DNA of 64,000 nucleotides from a virus. Lineage: Duplodnaviria; Caudoviricetes. The translations under genes and the position numbers were made by a program. Below are positions 18,310 to 26,344 of the stretch, in pieces; the first letter of the stretch is position 1; every line of letters starts with the position of its first letter. The notes beneath the pieces are model-generated. The model ran no database searches. It saw only the letters and a program-made list of their open reading frames with translations, and had not been told where the DNA came from. Location of the stretch: the IMG/VR virus record IMGVR_UViG_3300044634_003731, positions 1,155 to 65,154 of that record; one strand, 5' to 3'.

Positions 18310-18313
18310 CCTT

Positions 18314-18386
18314 GCTCCTTTAGCAATCTGGTGAATGCAGCGAACTCATAATTCGCCTGAGGCGTGTTCAATTCACGCAAGGAGCA
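18314..18386 (+). tRNA. tRNA-Met(CAT), elongator-type
   Basis: cloverleaf, loop CT-CAT-AA. Confidence 0.88.
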
Positions 18387-18410
18387 CTTGGTAATCAAAG
18401 ATTACCTTAT

Positions 18411-18494
18411 GGGAGTATGGTGGAATCGGTAGACACATCAGACTTAAAATCTGCTGGGAGCAATCCCGTGGGAGTTCAAGTCTCCCTACTCCTA
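18411..18494 (+). tRNA. tRNA-Leu(TAA)
   Basis: long variable arm, loop CT-TAA-AA. Confidence 0.92.
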
Positions 18495-18497
18495 CTT

Positions 18498-18571
18498 GCC
18501 GAAGTAATCCAACTGGTAGAGGTGCCTGACTCAAAATCAGGATGTTGTGGGTTCGAATCCCACTTTCGGTA
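18498..18571 (+). tRNA. tRNA-Leu(CAA), short variable loop
   Basis: loop CT-CAA-AA; 74 nt with no long variable arm. Confidence 0.8.
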
Positions 18572-18589
18572 TTGGTTATAACCAATTTT

Positions 18590-18661
18590 ATTGGGATGGT
18601 GTAATTGGTAGCACGAGAGTCTCCAAAACTTTTAGTTAGGGTTCAAGTCCCTATCCCAATG
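18590..18661 (+). tRNA. tRNA-Trp(CCA)
   Basis: cloverleaf, loop CT-CCA-AA. Confidence 0.88.
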
Positions 18662-18755
18662 CTTGACAAATTCTTCTGAGTTTGTTACTATATAAAAGGA
18701 TAGAGGTTAAGTCACTGTTACATCCTTATGAGGTGTATCACACTTAATCCATCAT

Positions 18756-18830
18756 CGTGGGGAAGTGTAACGGTTGCACAGAAGTCTCATAAGCTTCAGG
18801 TAGGTGGTTCAACTCCACCCCCCGCCTCCA
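18756..18830 (+). tRNA. tRNA-Met(CAT), initiator-like
   Basis: C1 mismatch in the acceptor stem, loop CT-CAT-AA, encoded CCA; lacks the 3 G-C anticodon-stem pairs. Confidence 0.75.
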
Positions 18831-18833
18831 ATT

Positions 18834-18916
18834 GCTTCAGTGGTGGAACGGTAGACACAGCGGACTTAGAATCCGCCGCCTTAAAAAGCGTGGAAGTTCA
18901 AATCTTCTCTGGAGCA
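18834..18916 (+). tRNA. tRNA-Leu(TAG)
   Basis: long variable arm, loop CT-TAG-AA. Confidence 0.92.
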
Positions 18917-18956
18917 CTTGACAATCAAACTTAAATAGTTTATGATTGTCTCAACT

Positions 18957-19028
18957 GCGGAATTAGTTCAGTGGTAGAACGCCATCCTTCCAAGTTGGAT
19001 GTCACCGGTTCGAATCCGGTATTCCGCT
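18957..19028 (+). tRNA. tRNA-Gly(TCC)
   Basis: cloverleaf, loop CT-TCC-AA. Confidence 0.92.
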
Positions 19029-19049
19029 CTGAACCTTCGGGTTCTTTAT

Positions 19050-19121
19050 TCCACAATAGCTCAGCGGTAGAGTCGGTGACTGTTAATCACTTGGTCCCTG
19101 GTTCGAATCCAGGTTGTGGAG
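19050..19121 (+). tRNA. tRNA-Asn(GTT)
   Basis: cloverleaf, loop CT-GTT-AA. Confidence 0.93.
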
Positions 19122-19245
19122 TTGGAAGGTCTGGAAATGTCTGGATCTTCCTCTAAATCCTAAGTTTTCTTAGGTCGGGGACTTGATCACCCCCGCTCGT
19201 TGCGGAGAGTGTCTTCCGCGAGTGGTGGGCACTCACTACTCATCA
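19122..19245 (+). ncRNA. multi-hairpin structured ncRNA (possibly manA-motif-like)
   Basis: Five hairpins plus possible loop-loop pairing AGTGTC/GGCACT; lies between tRNA-Asn and tRNA-Val. Confidence 0.55.
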
Positions 19246-19246
19246 A

Positions 19247-19318
19247 GGGCGATTAACTCAGCGGTAGAGTGGCTGCCTTACAAGCAGTAAGTCATTGGTT
19301 CGAATCCGATATTGCCCA
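19247..19318 (+). tRNA. tRNA-Val(TAC)
   Basis: cloverleaf, loop CT-TAC-AA. Confidence 0.92.
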
Positions 19319-19362
19319 TAATAAATAAATTATATTGATGAGAATGAATAGGGTTTAAAATA

Positions 19363-19614
19363 ATGTTGTCAATAAGATGCAAAGATTGTAATAAAGAATT
19401 AATAGGGCACCCATCAAAAACAGTAACGTGTGGTTGTCCCAATATGGCAACAATTCGTGGAGACAAGATTTCGGCACTTGACTTATCTCGAATTGTTATG
19501 CTAAACTCTTTAAAAGAAAATCAAAATAAAAGTGTGCTTACTTCTCAAGATATTGCTTGGCAAGAAGCACGTCGTCAACGTAAAGTAAGACGACTTGATT
19601 TTGAAGTCCGCTAA
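19363..19614 (+). CDS. Zn-ribbon hypothetical protein
   Basis: CKDC...CGCPN. Confidence 0.75.
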   Translation: MLSIRCKDCNKELIGHPSKTVTCGCPNMATIRGDKISALDLSRIVMLNSLKENQNKSVLTSQDIAWQEARRQRKVRRLDFEVR

Positions 19615-19625
19615 GGACTTAATTT

Positions 19626-19709
19626 GGAAAGGTGTCCGAGTGGTTTAAGGAACTTGTCTTGAAAACAAGCGTGTTAATAGCACCGTGGGTTCGAATCCCA
19701 CCCTTTCCG
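19626..19709 (+). tRNA. tRNA-Ser(TGA)
   Basis: long variable arm, loop CT-TGA-AA. Confidence 0.92.
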
Positions 19710-19833
19710 TTACATAGAATACAAATTTAATACTTTCTTTCGTTTTCTGTATAGTAGTGTTACAAAACACTGACATTTAGATGACGTTTAAAATTCTATG
19801 ATTAGTATATAGTAGTACTATGAATAGAAAAAA

Positions 19834-19983
19834 ATGGATCAGCACACCTATAATAATTGGGTGAAGATCAAGGAGACTTTTGAGACTTCTGGTAATACTG
19901 ATAATATGTTCTATAAGAGAGCAGTTGAAATCGTAAAAACCCGAAGAGATCCTCTTGCAAAATTTCTTGGCGATGAAAAATGA
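19834..19983 (+). CDS. small hypothetical protein (49 aa)
   Basis: MDQHTYNNWVKIKETFETSGNTDNMFYKRA..DPLA. Confidence 0.65.
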   Translation: MDQHTYNNWVKIKETFETSGNTDNMFYKRAVEIVKTRRDPLAKFLGDEK

Positions 19984-20183
19984 TATGTGAACAAAAAGAA
20001 TTTATTACACGTTCTGAAGTTCAGGAGATGATCGATGCAGCAATACGACGACACAACCGTAATGCTTCTATCATTAGTATGTGCGTCGGTTGGGTGGTTC
20101 TTGCTTTATTTGCTGAGGGACTTTTGAGATTAGTTGGAGTTATTCCTCCACTATTTTCTTGGATGAAAATAACATTAAATTAA
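19980..20183 (+). CDS. small membrane protein
   Basis: EVQEMIDAAIRRHNRNASIISM followed by a TM helix. Confidence 0.7.
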   Translation: MICEQKEFITRSEVQEMIDAAIRRHNRNASIISMCVGWVVLALFAEGLLRLVGVIPPLFSWMKITLN

Positions 20184-20302
20184 AAAAATGACTAAAACAA
20201 TATATAACGCTATAATTACTTTTAGTATTATTGGTTTTTTTATTTTTTGGGGACTTACTCACTCTTATTATAAATAAACAAAAATAAATTAATTGAAATA
20301 TT

Positions 20303-20797
20303 ATGGCAACAAAAACTATAACTTTATCTGTGACTTCTCCCACTGAAGGATATGCTTGGAATGTAAATTTTTCTGTTGATGATGCAACATTAATAAGAAA
20401 TATAGTTAATTTTTCAATTAATTGTCCTACTAATACTGAAGGTAATTTCTCTGTTCCAAGTACTGCAAATATAAGTCAAGTAGTTAATGGATATTCTAGT
20501 CATTCTGATACTAATGGAGGAACTCCTTCTTCTCTAGCAGATTCTGGAGCAAATAGTTATGTAACTTGGAGATCTATTTTAAGGAATGGACAATTTCCCA
20601 CTTCGGGAAAAAGTTTAGATATATGGAGTTATCAATTTTATAATGATATTATGTATAGTTCTAAAACTTGGGCACAAATAGGTAATGGATCTACTTATTC
20701 GTTAAACCCAGGAAAATGGAGTCTAATTTATGATTACTCCTCAAGGAATGTTTTTGCATTATCTAAAGGTGGAACATTAACAGTTTCTGTTGTATGA
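20303..20797 (+). CDS. Ser/Thr/Asn-rich hypothetical protein
   Basis: 164-aa ORF, beta-rich composition, no recognised motif. Confidence 0.6.
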   Translation: MATKTITLSVTSPTEGYAWNVNFSVDDATLIRNIVNFSINCPTNTEGNFSVPSTANISQVVNGYSSHSDTNGGTPSSLADSGANSYVTWRSILRNGQFPTSGKSLDIWSYQFYNDIMYSSKTWAQIGNGSTYSLNPGKWSLIYDYSSRNVFALSKGGTLTVSVV

Positions 20798-20909
20798 TAA
20801 AAATTGTAGAATATCTTTTGACCCATCAATGGTCATTGTTTGTTATTGGTTGTCTCTTGACACTTGGACCTGCAATGGGTATAATGATTGTGCATCAAAA
20901 TAAAAACAT

Positions 20910-20983
20910 CGGGCATTAGCGCAGTTTGGTAGCGCGTTCCGTTTGGGGCGGAAAGGTCAAAGGTTCAAATCCTTTATGCCCGA
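20910..20983 (+). tRNA. tRNA-Pro(TGG), second copy
   Basis: TTCCG-TT TGG GG-CGGAA anticodon arm. Confidence 0.88.
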
Positions 20984-21001
20984 CTCATAAAATCTTACTT
21001 T

Positions 21002-21232
21002 ATGAAAATGTATCCAGAACTTTCAGATCTCCAAAAATTTACAGTCGAAGAATTTCAATCGAATTTTGATACTCTGATGAATAGAGTAGAAAATGGCGAA
21101 TCATTTATTATTGCTGATGGTGCAAAAAATGCAGTGATAGTTCCATATAACGAAACTATCAAGTATACAATAGAATCAACATTGGGTGATGAATTGATTC
21201 ATATATACACTGACCACGAAGAAGGTTCTTGA
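21002..21232 (+). CDS. Phd/YefM antitoxin-like protein
   Basis: FTVEEFQSNFDTLMNRVENGESFII....AVIVP pattern. Confidence 0.55.
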   Translation: MKMYPELSDLQKFTVEEFQSNFDTLMNRVENGESFIIADGAKNAVIVPYNETIKYTIESTLGDELIHIYTDHEEGS

Positions 21233-21293
21233 ACTGTCCACCTTGACTTCTCACATCCAATCCCTTATAATACTAAGGTCAACATTCAAAACA

Positions 21294-21509
21294 ATGACTC
21301 TCACAGCAAAATTCAAGAAAGACGTTCAAACCCTTCGTGGTGCAGCAAATGGTGATTTCTACCTTGATGTAAAGAATCCAAAACTTTATAAAAAGGTTCG
21401 TCGTTACTACGAAAGTGAAGGTGTAGTATTTTCTGGTGATCCTTTGGACGACTATGAAATGCTTATGGAATATGTATACCAAGACCTTGAATCAGTTGAA
21501 GTTGCATGA
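21294..21509 (+). CDS. hypothetical protein
   Basis: MTLTAKFKKD...LDVKNPKLYKKVRRYYE; TTGACT-N17-TATAAT promoter upstream. Confidence 0.75.
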   Translation: MTLTAKFKKDVQTLRGAANGDFYLDVKNPKLYKKVRRYYESEGVVFSGDPLDDYEMLMEYVYQDLESVEVA

Positions 21510-21561
21510 TTAAATAGTCACGGATAGACTTTAACAGTACTAATTGGTGGGGGATCCAATT

Positions 21562-21789
21562 ATGCATAAATCGGATCTTCTTCGTTGGATTGGAAATATG
21601 CTCCTCATGATTGGTTATCAAACTATGTTATGGGGAGATTTTAAATATGGTTTGATGATAAAAGTTATTGGAGGATTACTCACAATTCCTTTTGCTATTA
21701 AACTTAAGCTTTGGGATGTGTTATTTTTATGTGCATTTTTTGGGTTTAGTGAAATATCAAAACTCATGCAACTTTTTTTAGTTTCTTGA
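21562..21789 (+). CDS. small multi-TM membrane protein
   Basis: Three hydrophobic segments. Confidence 0.65.
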   Translation: MHKSDLLRWIGNMLLMIGYQTMLWGDFKYGLMIKVIGGLLTIPFAIKLKLWDVLFLCAFFGFSEISKLMQLFLVS

Positions 21790-21823
21790 CCCCTCATCTT
21801 ACAAAAATCCTAATTGTAAAAAT

Positions 21824-23587
21824 ATGAGTTTAAATAACTCATATTTTTTTATATACATAAAAAATATTGTCTTATTTAATCTAATGAATGCCCATAGCGA
21901 TCTATTTTTGAAATCAAAAGAATTAAAAAACTTTTTATCCAGTAAAAAAGTTTTAGCAGTTAATGGATGCCATGATTCTTCTTTCACTTTTATAGATAAA
22001 AATGGAGATATAAGAATATTTGAATTAGAACGATTTTGTAAAAAAAGATATGCTGCTTTTAAAAAGCAGGCAGAACTTGATGGAGCAAATCACTCTATAG
22101 ACGATAAATGTAGACATGAATTTTTAACTTATTTGAAAATTCATTTAAATGAAGAACCAGAAATTATATTGTATAGTGAATTGGATGATTATGATGTAAC
22201 TTTCCTTTTAAAATATTTTCCCAAAGCAAGATTTTTTAGAATGGGACATCATATGTCTCATTGTGCTGGAGCATATTTCCAGAGTGGATTTGGTAAAGAA
22301 TGTCTTGTAATGTCACTTGATGCTGGGGGGATGGATTATCAAACTCTTAGTGAAATGTCATTGAGAAGTTATAGTGTATATTTTTTCTCTAAAGAAGAGT
22401 TTATTACTTTAGGGCATGTAAATTTTGGAAATAATCCGTTTATATTTGATCCCGGGATTTATGGATATTTTGGGCACTTTGTTAAAGAAATAACCAAGGG
22501 AAATAATGGTGATCCAGATCAAAAATCTTCTTTAGCATATGCAGGTAAAATAATGGGTCTTTCTGCTTATGGTAAAGTTAGACCAGAATGGGTTTCCCCA
22601 ATAGAAAAATTTTATAGGCAGCATCCATTAGTTCATTGGTCGTATCAAGGACCCGCTGTAGAACAAATGTCTAAAGAAATGGGAGTAGAACTTTTTACTG
22701 ATTGTTTCAGTGGACAAGATTCTTATGATTTGGCTGCAACAAATCAACATGTGTTTGAGAATTTATGTTTCTCGCTTATAAAACCATATATTGAAAAGTA
22801 TAATTTGGATTTGGTATTTTCTGGTGGATGTGCTTTAAATGTTATCTTCAATCAAAAGTTGAAAGAATACTTAGAATCAAAGGGATTGAAGTTGTATGTT
22901 CCACCAAACCCAAATGATTGTGGTTTATCTCTGGGGCACTTTACTTATTATCAAACTTTGGAAATTAATTTATCTCCTTATTGTGGATTTGATATTTTAG
23001 ATAGAGATAAAATACCATATTATTATCAACAATATCAAGATAGAGTTGAATATACTACAATTCCTAGAATAGTTGATTTAATTAAAAATGGAAAGATTGG
23101 TGGAATAATTGCAGGGTATTCTGAAGTTGGTCCTAGAGCGTTGGGGAATAGAAGTATTATTTGCGATCCTTCTATTCCAGATATGAAAGATATTATTAAT
23201 TCTAAAGTAAAATTTAGAGAATGGTTTAGACCATTTGCGCCGGTTTGTAGGGAAGAGGATAAAGATTTATACTTTGATAATGCATATTCATCCGAATATA
23301 TGAGTTTTGCTCCAACAGTAAAAGAAGAATATAAAAGTGTATTTCCCTCAATTACTCACGAGGATGGAACTGCAAGACTTCAAACAGTAACTAAAGAACA
23401 ACATTCTCTGTTTTATGAAATCCTAGAAGAGTTGTCTAATAGGCAATATCCTGCTATGATTATGAATACTTCTTTTAATATTAGAGGAAAACCCATACTA
23501 ACTACAGTCGAAGATGCATTTTATGTGTTGGAAAATACTGAATTAGACTTTATTGTTGTTGAAAATTTATTATTCATTAAAAAATGA
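21824..23587 (+). CDS. O-carbamoyltransferase (NodU/CmcH/TobZ family)
   Basis: HDSS, ELERF..KR, HHMSH, GKIMGLSAYG, SGGCALN, GPRALGNRS, KFREWFRPFAP, HEDGTARLQ, NTSFN. Confidence 0.92.
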   Translation: MSLNNSYFFIYIKNIVLFNLMNAHSDLFLKSKELKNFLSSKKVLAVNGCHDSSFTFIDKNGDIRIFELERFCKKRYAAFKKQAELDGANHSIDDKCRHEFLTYLKIHLNEEPEIILYSELDDYDVTFLLKYFPKARFFRMGHHMSHCAGAYFQSGFGKECLVMSLDAGGMDYQTLSEMSLRSYSVYFFSKEEFITLGHVNFGNNPFIFDPGIYGYFGHFVKEITKGNNGDPDQKSSLAYAGKIMGLSAYGKVRPEWVSPIEKFYRQHPLVHWSYQGPAVEQMSKEMGVELFTDCFSGQDSYDLAATNQHVFENLCFSLIKPYIEKYNLDLVFSGGCALNVIFNQKLKEYLESKGLKLYVPPNPNDCGLSLGHFTYYQTLEINLSPYCGFDILDRDKIPYYYQQYQDRVEYTTIPRIVDLIKNGKIGGIIAGYSEVGPRALGNRSIICDPSIPDMKDIINSKVKFREWFRPFAPVCREEDKDLYFDNAYSSEYMSFAPTVKEEYKSVFPSITHEDGTARLQTVTKEQHSLFYEILEELSNRQYPAMIMNTSFNIRGKPILTTVEDAFYVLENTELDFIVVENLLFIKK

Positions 23588-24357
23588 ACAGGATTTCTGA
23601 TTATAAAAAATTATCTATAGATATTATTGATTGGATGTATAATTATGCTAATAATAACAGCATAAATGCATTTGTAATTGGTGTTTCTGGAGGAATTGAT
23701 TCTGCTGTTTCTTCAGTACTTTCTGCTAAAACAGGATTGCCTGTTTATGCATTAGGTATGCCTATCCATCAGAAAGAAGAACAGGAAAATCTTTCTGATT
23801 TGCATTTAGAATATCTACAAAAAAATTTTAGCAATGTAATAGTTCAGAAGTATAATCTTTCGGAAGTATTTGAATCTTTTAAAAATGAGATGGGTGAATT
23901 TGGTATAAATTCTCATGCTCTTGCTAATACTCGTTCTCGTCTTAGAATGGTAACCCTCTATCAAGTTGCTACTTCAGTTGGTGGTATTGTTGTTGGTACT
24001 GGAAATAAAGTTGAAGATTATGGTATAGGATTTTATACTAAATATGGCGATGGTGGTGTAGATATTGCTCCCATTGCAGATCTCTATAAAACCGAGGTGT
24101 GGGAACTTGGTAAATCATTGGGAATAGACCAACGAATTATTGAGGCAAACCCAACTGATGGTCTTTGGGATGATGGAAGAACAGATGAAGACCAAATAGG
24201 AACTTCATACGAAATGCTTGAGTGGGTTATGGAAAGGGGACTAAATGAAGATTCAATGTTCTTGAATGAGAATCAGACTAACGCCATTCAAATTTACAAA
24301 AAATTTAACAAACAAAATAAGCATAAAATGATTTCTATTCCTACATTTAAACTATGA
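23584..24357 (+). CDS. nadE: NH3-dependent NAD+ synthetase
   Basis: GVSGGIDS, NTRSRLRM, GTGNKVE, FYTKYGDG, KTEV, PTDGLW..TDE. Confidence 0.9.
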   Translation: MNRISDYKKLSIDIIDWMYNYANNNSINAFVIGVSGGIDSAVSSVLSAKTGLPVYALGMPIHQKEEQENLSDLHLEYLQKNFSNVIVQKYNLSEVFESFKNEMGEFGINSHALANTRSRLRMVTLYQVATSVGGIVVGTGNKVEDYGIGFYTKYGDGGVDIAPIADLYKTEVWELGKSLGIDQRIIEANPTDGLWDDGRTDEDQIGTSYEMLEWVMERGLNEDSMFLNENQTNAIQIYKKFNKQNKHKMISIPTFKL

Positions 24358-25136
24358 CAATATCAATAACTGAAGTAAAAGAGTTCTGGGATAATCGCCC
24401 TTGTAACATAAGACATTCTAAAAGAGAAGTTGGAACTAAAGAATATTTTGATGAGGTAGAAAAAAAGAAATTTTTCGTAGAACCTCATATTAAATCTTTT
24501 TCGGAATTTAATCTTTGGAATGGGAAAAAAGTCCTTGAAATAGGATGTGGTTTGGCAACTGCAGGAATTAATTTTGCTCGTAATGGTGCAGATTATACTG
24601 GTATTGAATTGTCTAAAGAAAGTTTAGAACTTGCAAAAAAAAGATTTGAAGTTTATAATTTGAAAGGAAATTTTTACGAAGGGAATGCCGAAAATTTATC
24701 TGAGTTTCTTCCAAAAGAAAAATTTGATTTAATTTATTCTTGGGGAGTAATTCATCATACTCCCAATCCACAAAAAGTAATAAATGAAGTAAAAAAATAT
24801 CTTCATAAGAATGGAGTATTTAAAATGATGCTTTATTCTTCTAATTCATGGAAAAATTATATGATTGGTGCTGGATTGGATCAACCAGAAGCACAATATG
24901 GATGCCCTATTGCATATACATACACTGAAGATGAAATTAAAGATCTTTTAGGTGATGACTTTGAAATTATAAGCATTCAAAAAGACCATATTTTTCCATA
25001 TCAAATTGAACCATATAAAAGAGGGGAATATATAAAACAACCTTGGTTTGAAGTAATGCCTGATGAAATGTTTAAAATTCTTGAAAAAAAACTTGGATGG
25101 CATTTATTGATTACATCTAAAATTAAAAAGGAATAA
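24354..25136 (+). CDS. class I SAM-dependent methyltransferase
   Basis: VLEIGCG, FDLIYSWGVIHH. Confidence 0.9.
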   Translation: MTISITEVKEFWDNRPCNIRHSKREVGTKEYFDEVEKKKFFVEPHIKSFSEFNLWNGKKVLEIGCGLATAGINFARNGADYTGIELSKESLELAKKRFEVYNLKGNFYEGNAENLSEFLPKEKFDLIYSWGVIHHTPNPQKVINEVKKYLHKNGVFKMMLYSSNSWKNYMIGAGLDQPEAQYGCPIAYTYTEDEIKDLLGDDFEIISIQKDHIFPYQIEPYKRGEYIKQPWFEVMPDEMFKILEKKLGWHLLITSKIKKE

Positions 25137-25138
25137 TT

Positions 25139-26305
25139 ATGAAAATAGGAGTAATTGGCGCAGGTAGACTTGGAATTTGTTTCGCACTTTTGTGTGAATC
25201 GGCAGGATACGATGTCTTAGTCTCTGATATTAGAGAAGATTATATTAATGATCTAAACAATCGTAAAATTATTACAAATGAACCTGAGGTAGAAAATATT
25301 CTTAGGACTGCTAAAAATTTTAGAGCAACTACTGACAACAAAGAAGTTATTCGTGAATGTGATTTAATTTATACACTAGTATCAACTCCTTCTCTTGAAG
25401 ATGGATCTTATGATGTTTCTTATGTCTGGGATGTTATAGAAGACATTAAAAAAGAAGTTGAAAACATCTCAACAAAAAAGTATTTTGTAGTTGGATGCAC
25501 TGTAAACCCTGGAGATTGTGATAAATTTAAAAAGCATCTTCCATCAAAAATAAAAGTTCTTTATAATCCAGAATTTATTGCTCAGGGATCTATAATTAAT
25601 GATTTACGTACTGCTGATATGGTTCTATTGGGAATAGACCATTCTGATCAGACAGATCTAATTGTTTCTAATATGAGAAAGTTGTATGAAAAAATTCAGA
25701 CAACTCGCGCAATTGTATGTACAATGTCAACAACTGCAGCAGAAATTACTAAAATAGCAATTAATTGCTTCTTAACAACAAAAATTAGTTATGCAAATAT
25801 GTTGGGAGATATTCTACATCATTCTGGATGTGGTGATGAAGTCACATCAGTATTAAATTCTATTGGAACTGATAGTAGAATTGGAAGAAAATATCTTAAA
25901 TATGGATTTGGTTATGGTGGTCCCTGTCTTCCAAGAGATAATAGATCATTTGCTGCCTTTGCAAAGAAAGTTGGTTTAGAATATAATCTAGGAACAGTCA
26001 CTGATGAGATTAATAATCAGCACGCAACCTTTATTTGTGATTATTATGAAAAAATCAATAGAGACAATAAACCTTTTTATTTTGAATACATAACTTATAA
26101 AAAAGGCACCGATATTATTATTGAAAGTCAACAATATCGTCTTTGTACTGATTTGTTGGATAGAGGAAATATTGTCTATATTCTCAATGATAAAAAGATT
26201 ATTCCTCAAGTATGTGATTATTTGATTGATAAATATAGTGACCGGGTTAGATTTGTAGACGACATAAAATATATTATTGAACCCGTATTTATTGTAAATC
26301 TATAA
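25139..26305 (+). CDS. UDP-glucose/GDP-mannose dehydrogenase family
   Basis: GAGRLG, YNPEF, AEITK..N, GYGGPCLPRD. Confidence 0.9.
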   Translation: MKIGVIGAGRLGICFALLCESAGYDVLVSDIREDYINDLNNRKIITNEPEVENILRTAKNFRATTDNKEVIRECDLIYTLVSTPSLEDGSYDVSYVWDVIEDIKKEVENISTKKYFVVGCTVNPGDCDKFKKHLPSKIKVLYNPEFIAQGSIINDLRTADMVLLGIDHSDQTDLIVSNMRKLYEKIQTTRAIVCTMSTTAAEITKIAINCFLTTKISYANMLGDILHHSGCGDEVTSVLNSIGTDSRIGRKYLKYGFGYGGPCLPRDNRSFAAFAKKVGLEYNLGTVTDEINNQHATFICDYYEKINRDNKPFYFEYITYKKGTDIIIESQQYRLCTDLLDRGNIVYILNDKKIIPQVCDYLIDKYSDRVRFVDDIKYIIEPVFIVNL

Positions 26306-26344
26306 AAAAATATTATTCTTTTTGTAAATGTTAGGAGAAACTAA

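Noticed and set aside
16427-19466. ORFs called across the tRNA array
   Set aside because: They overlap clear tRNA genes or promoters
19748-19764. NtcA box
   Set aside because: Spacing is GTA-N9-TAC, not N8
20910-20983. tRNA-Pro(GGG) reading
   Set aside because: The TTCCG/CGGAA stem centres the 7-nt loop on TGG
21514-21556. AGTCACGGATAGACT... segment resembling cyanophage wcaG-region RNA repeats
   Set aside because: Only a short fragment; I could not build the full structure
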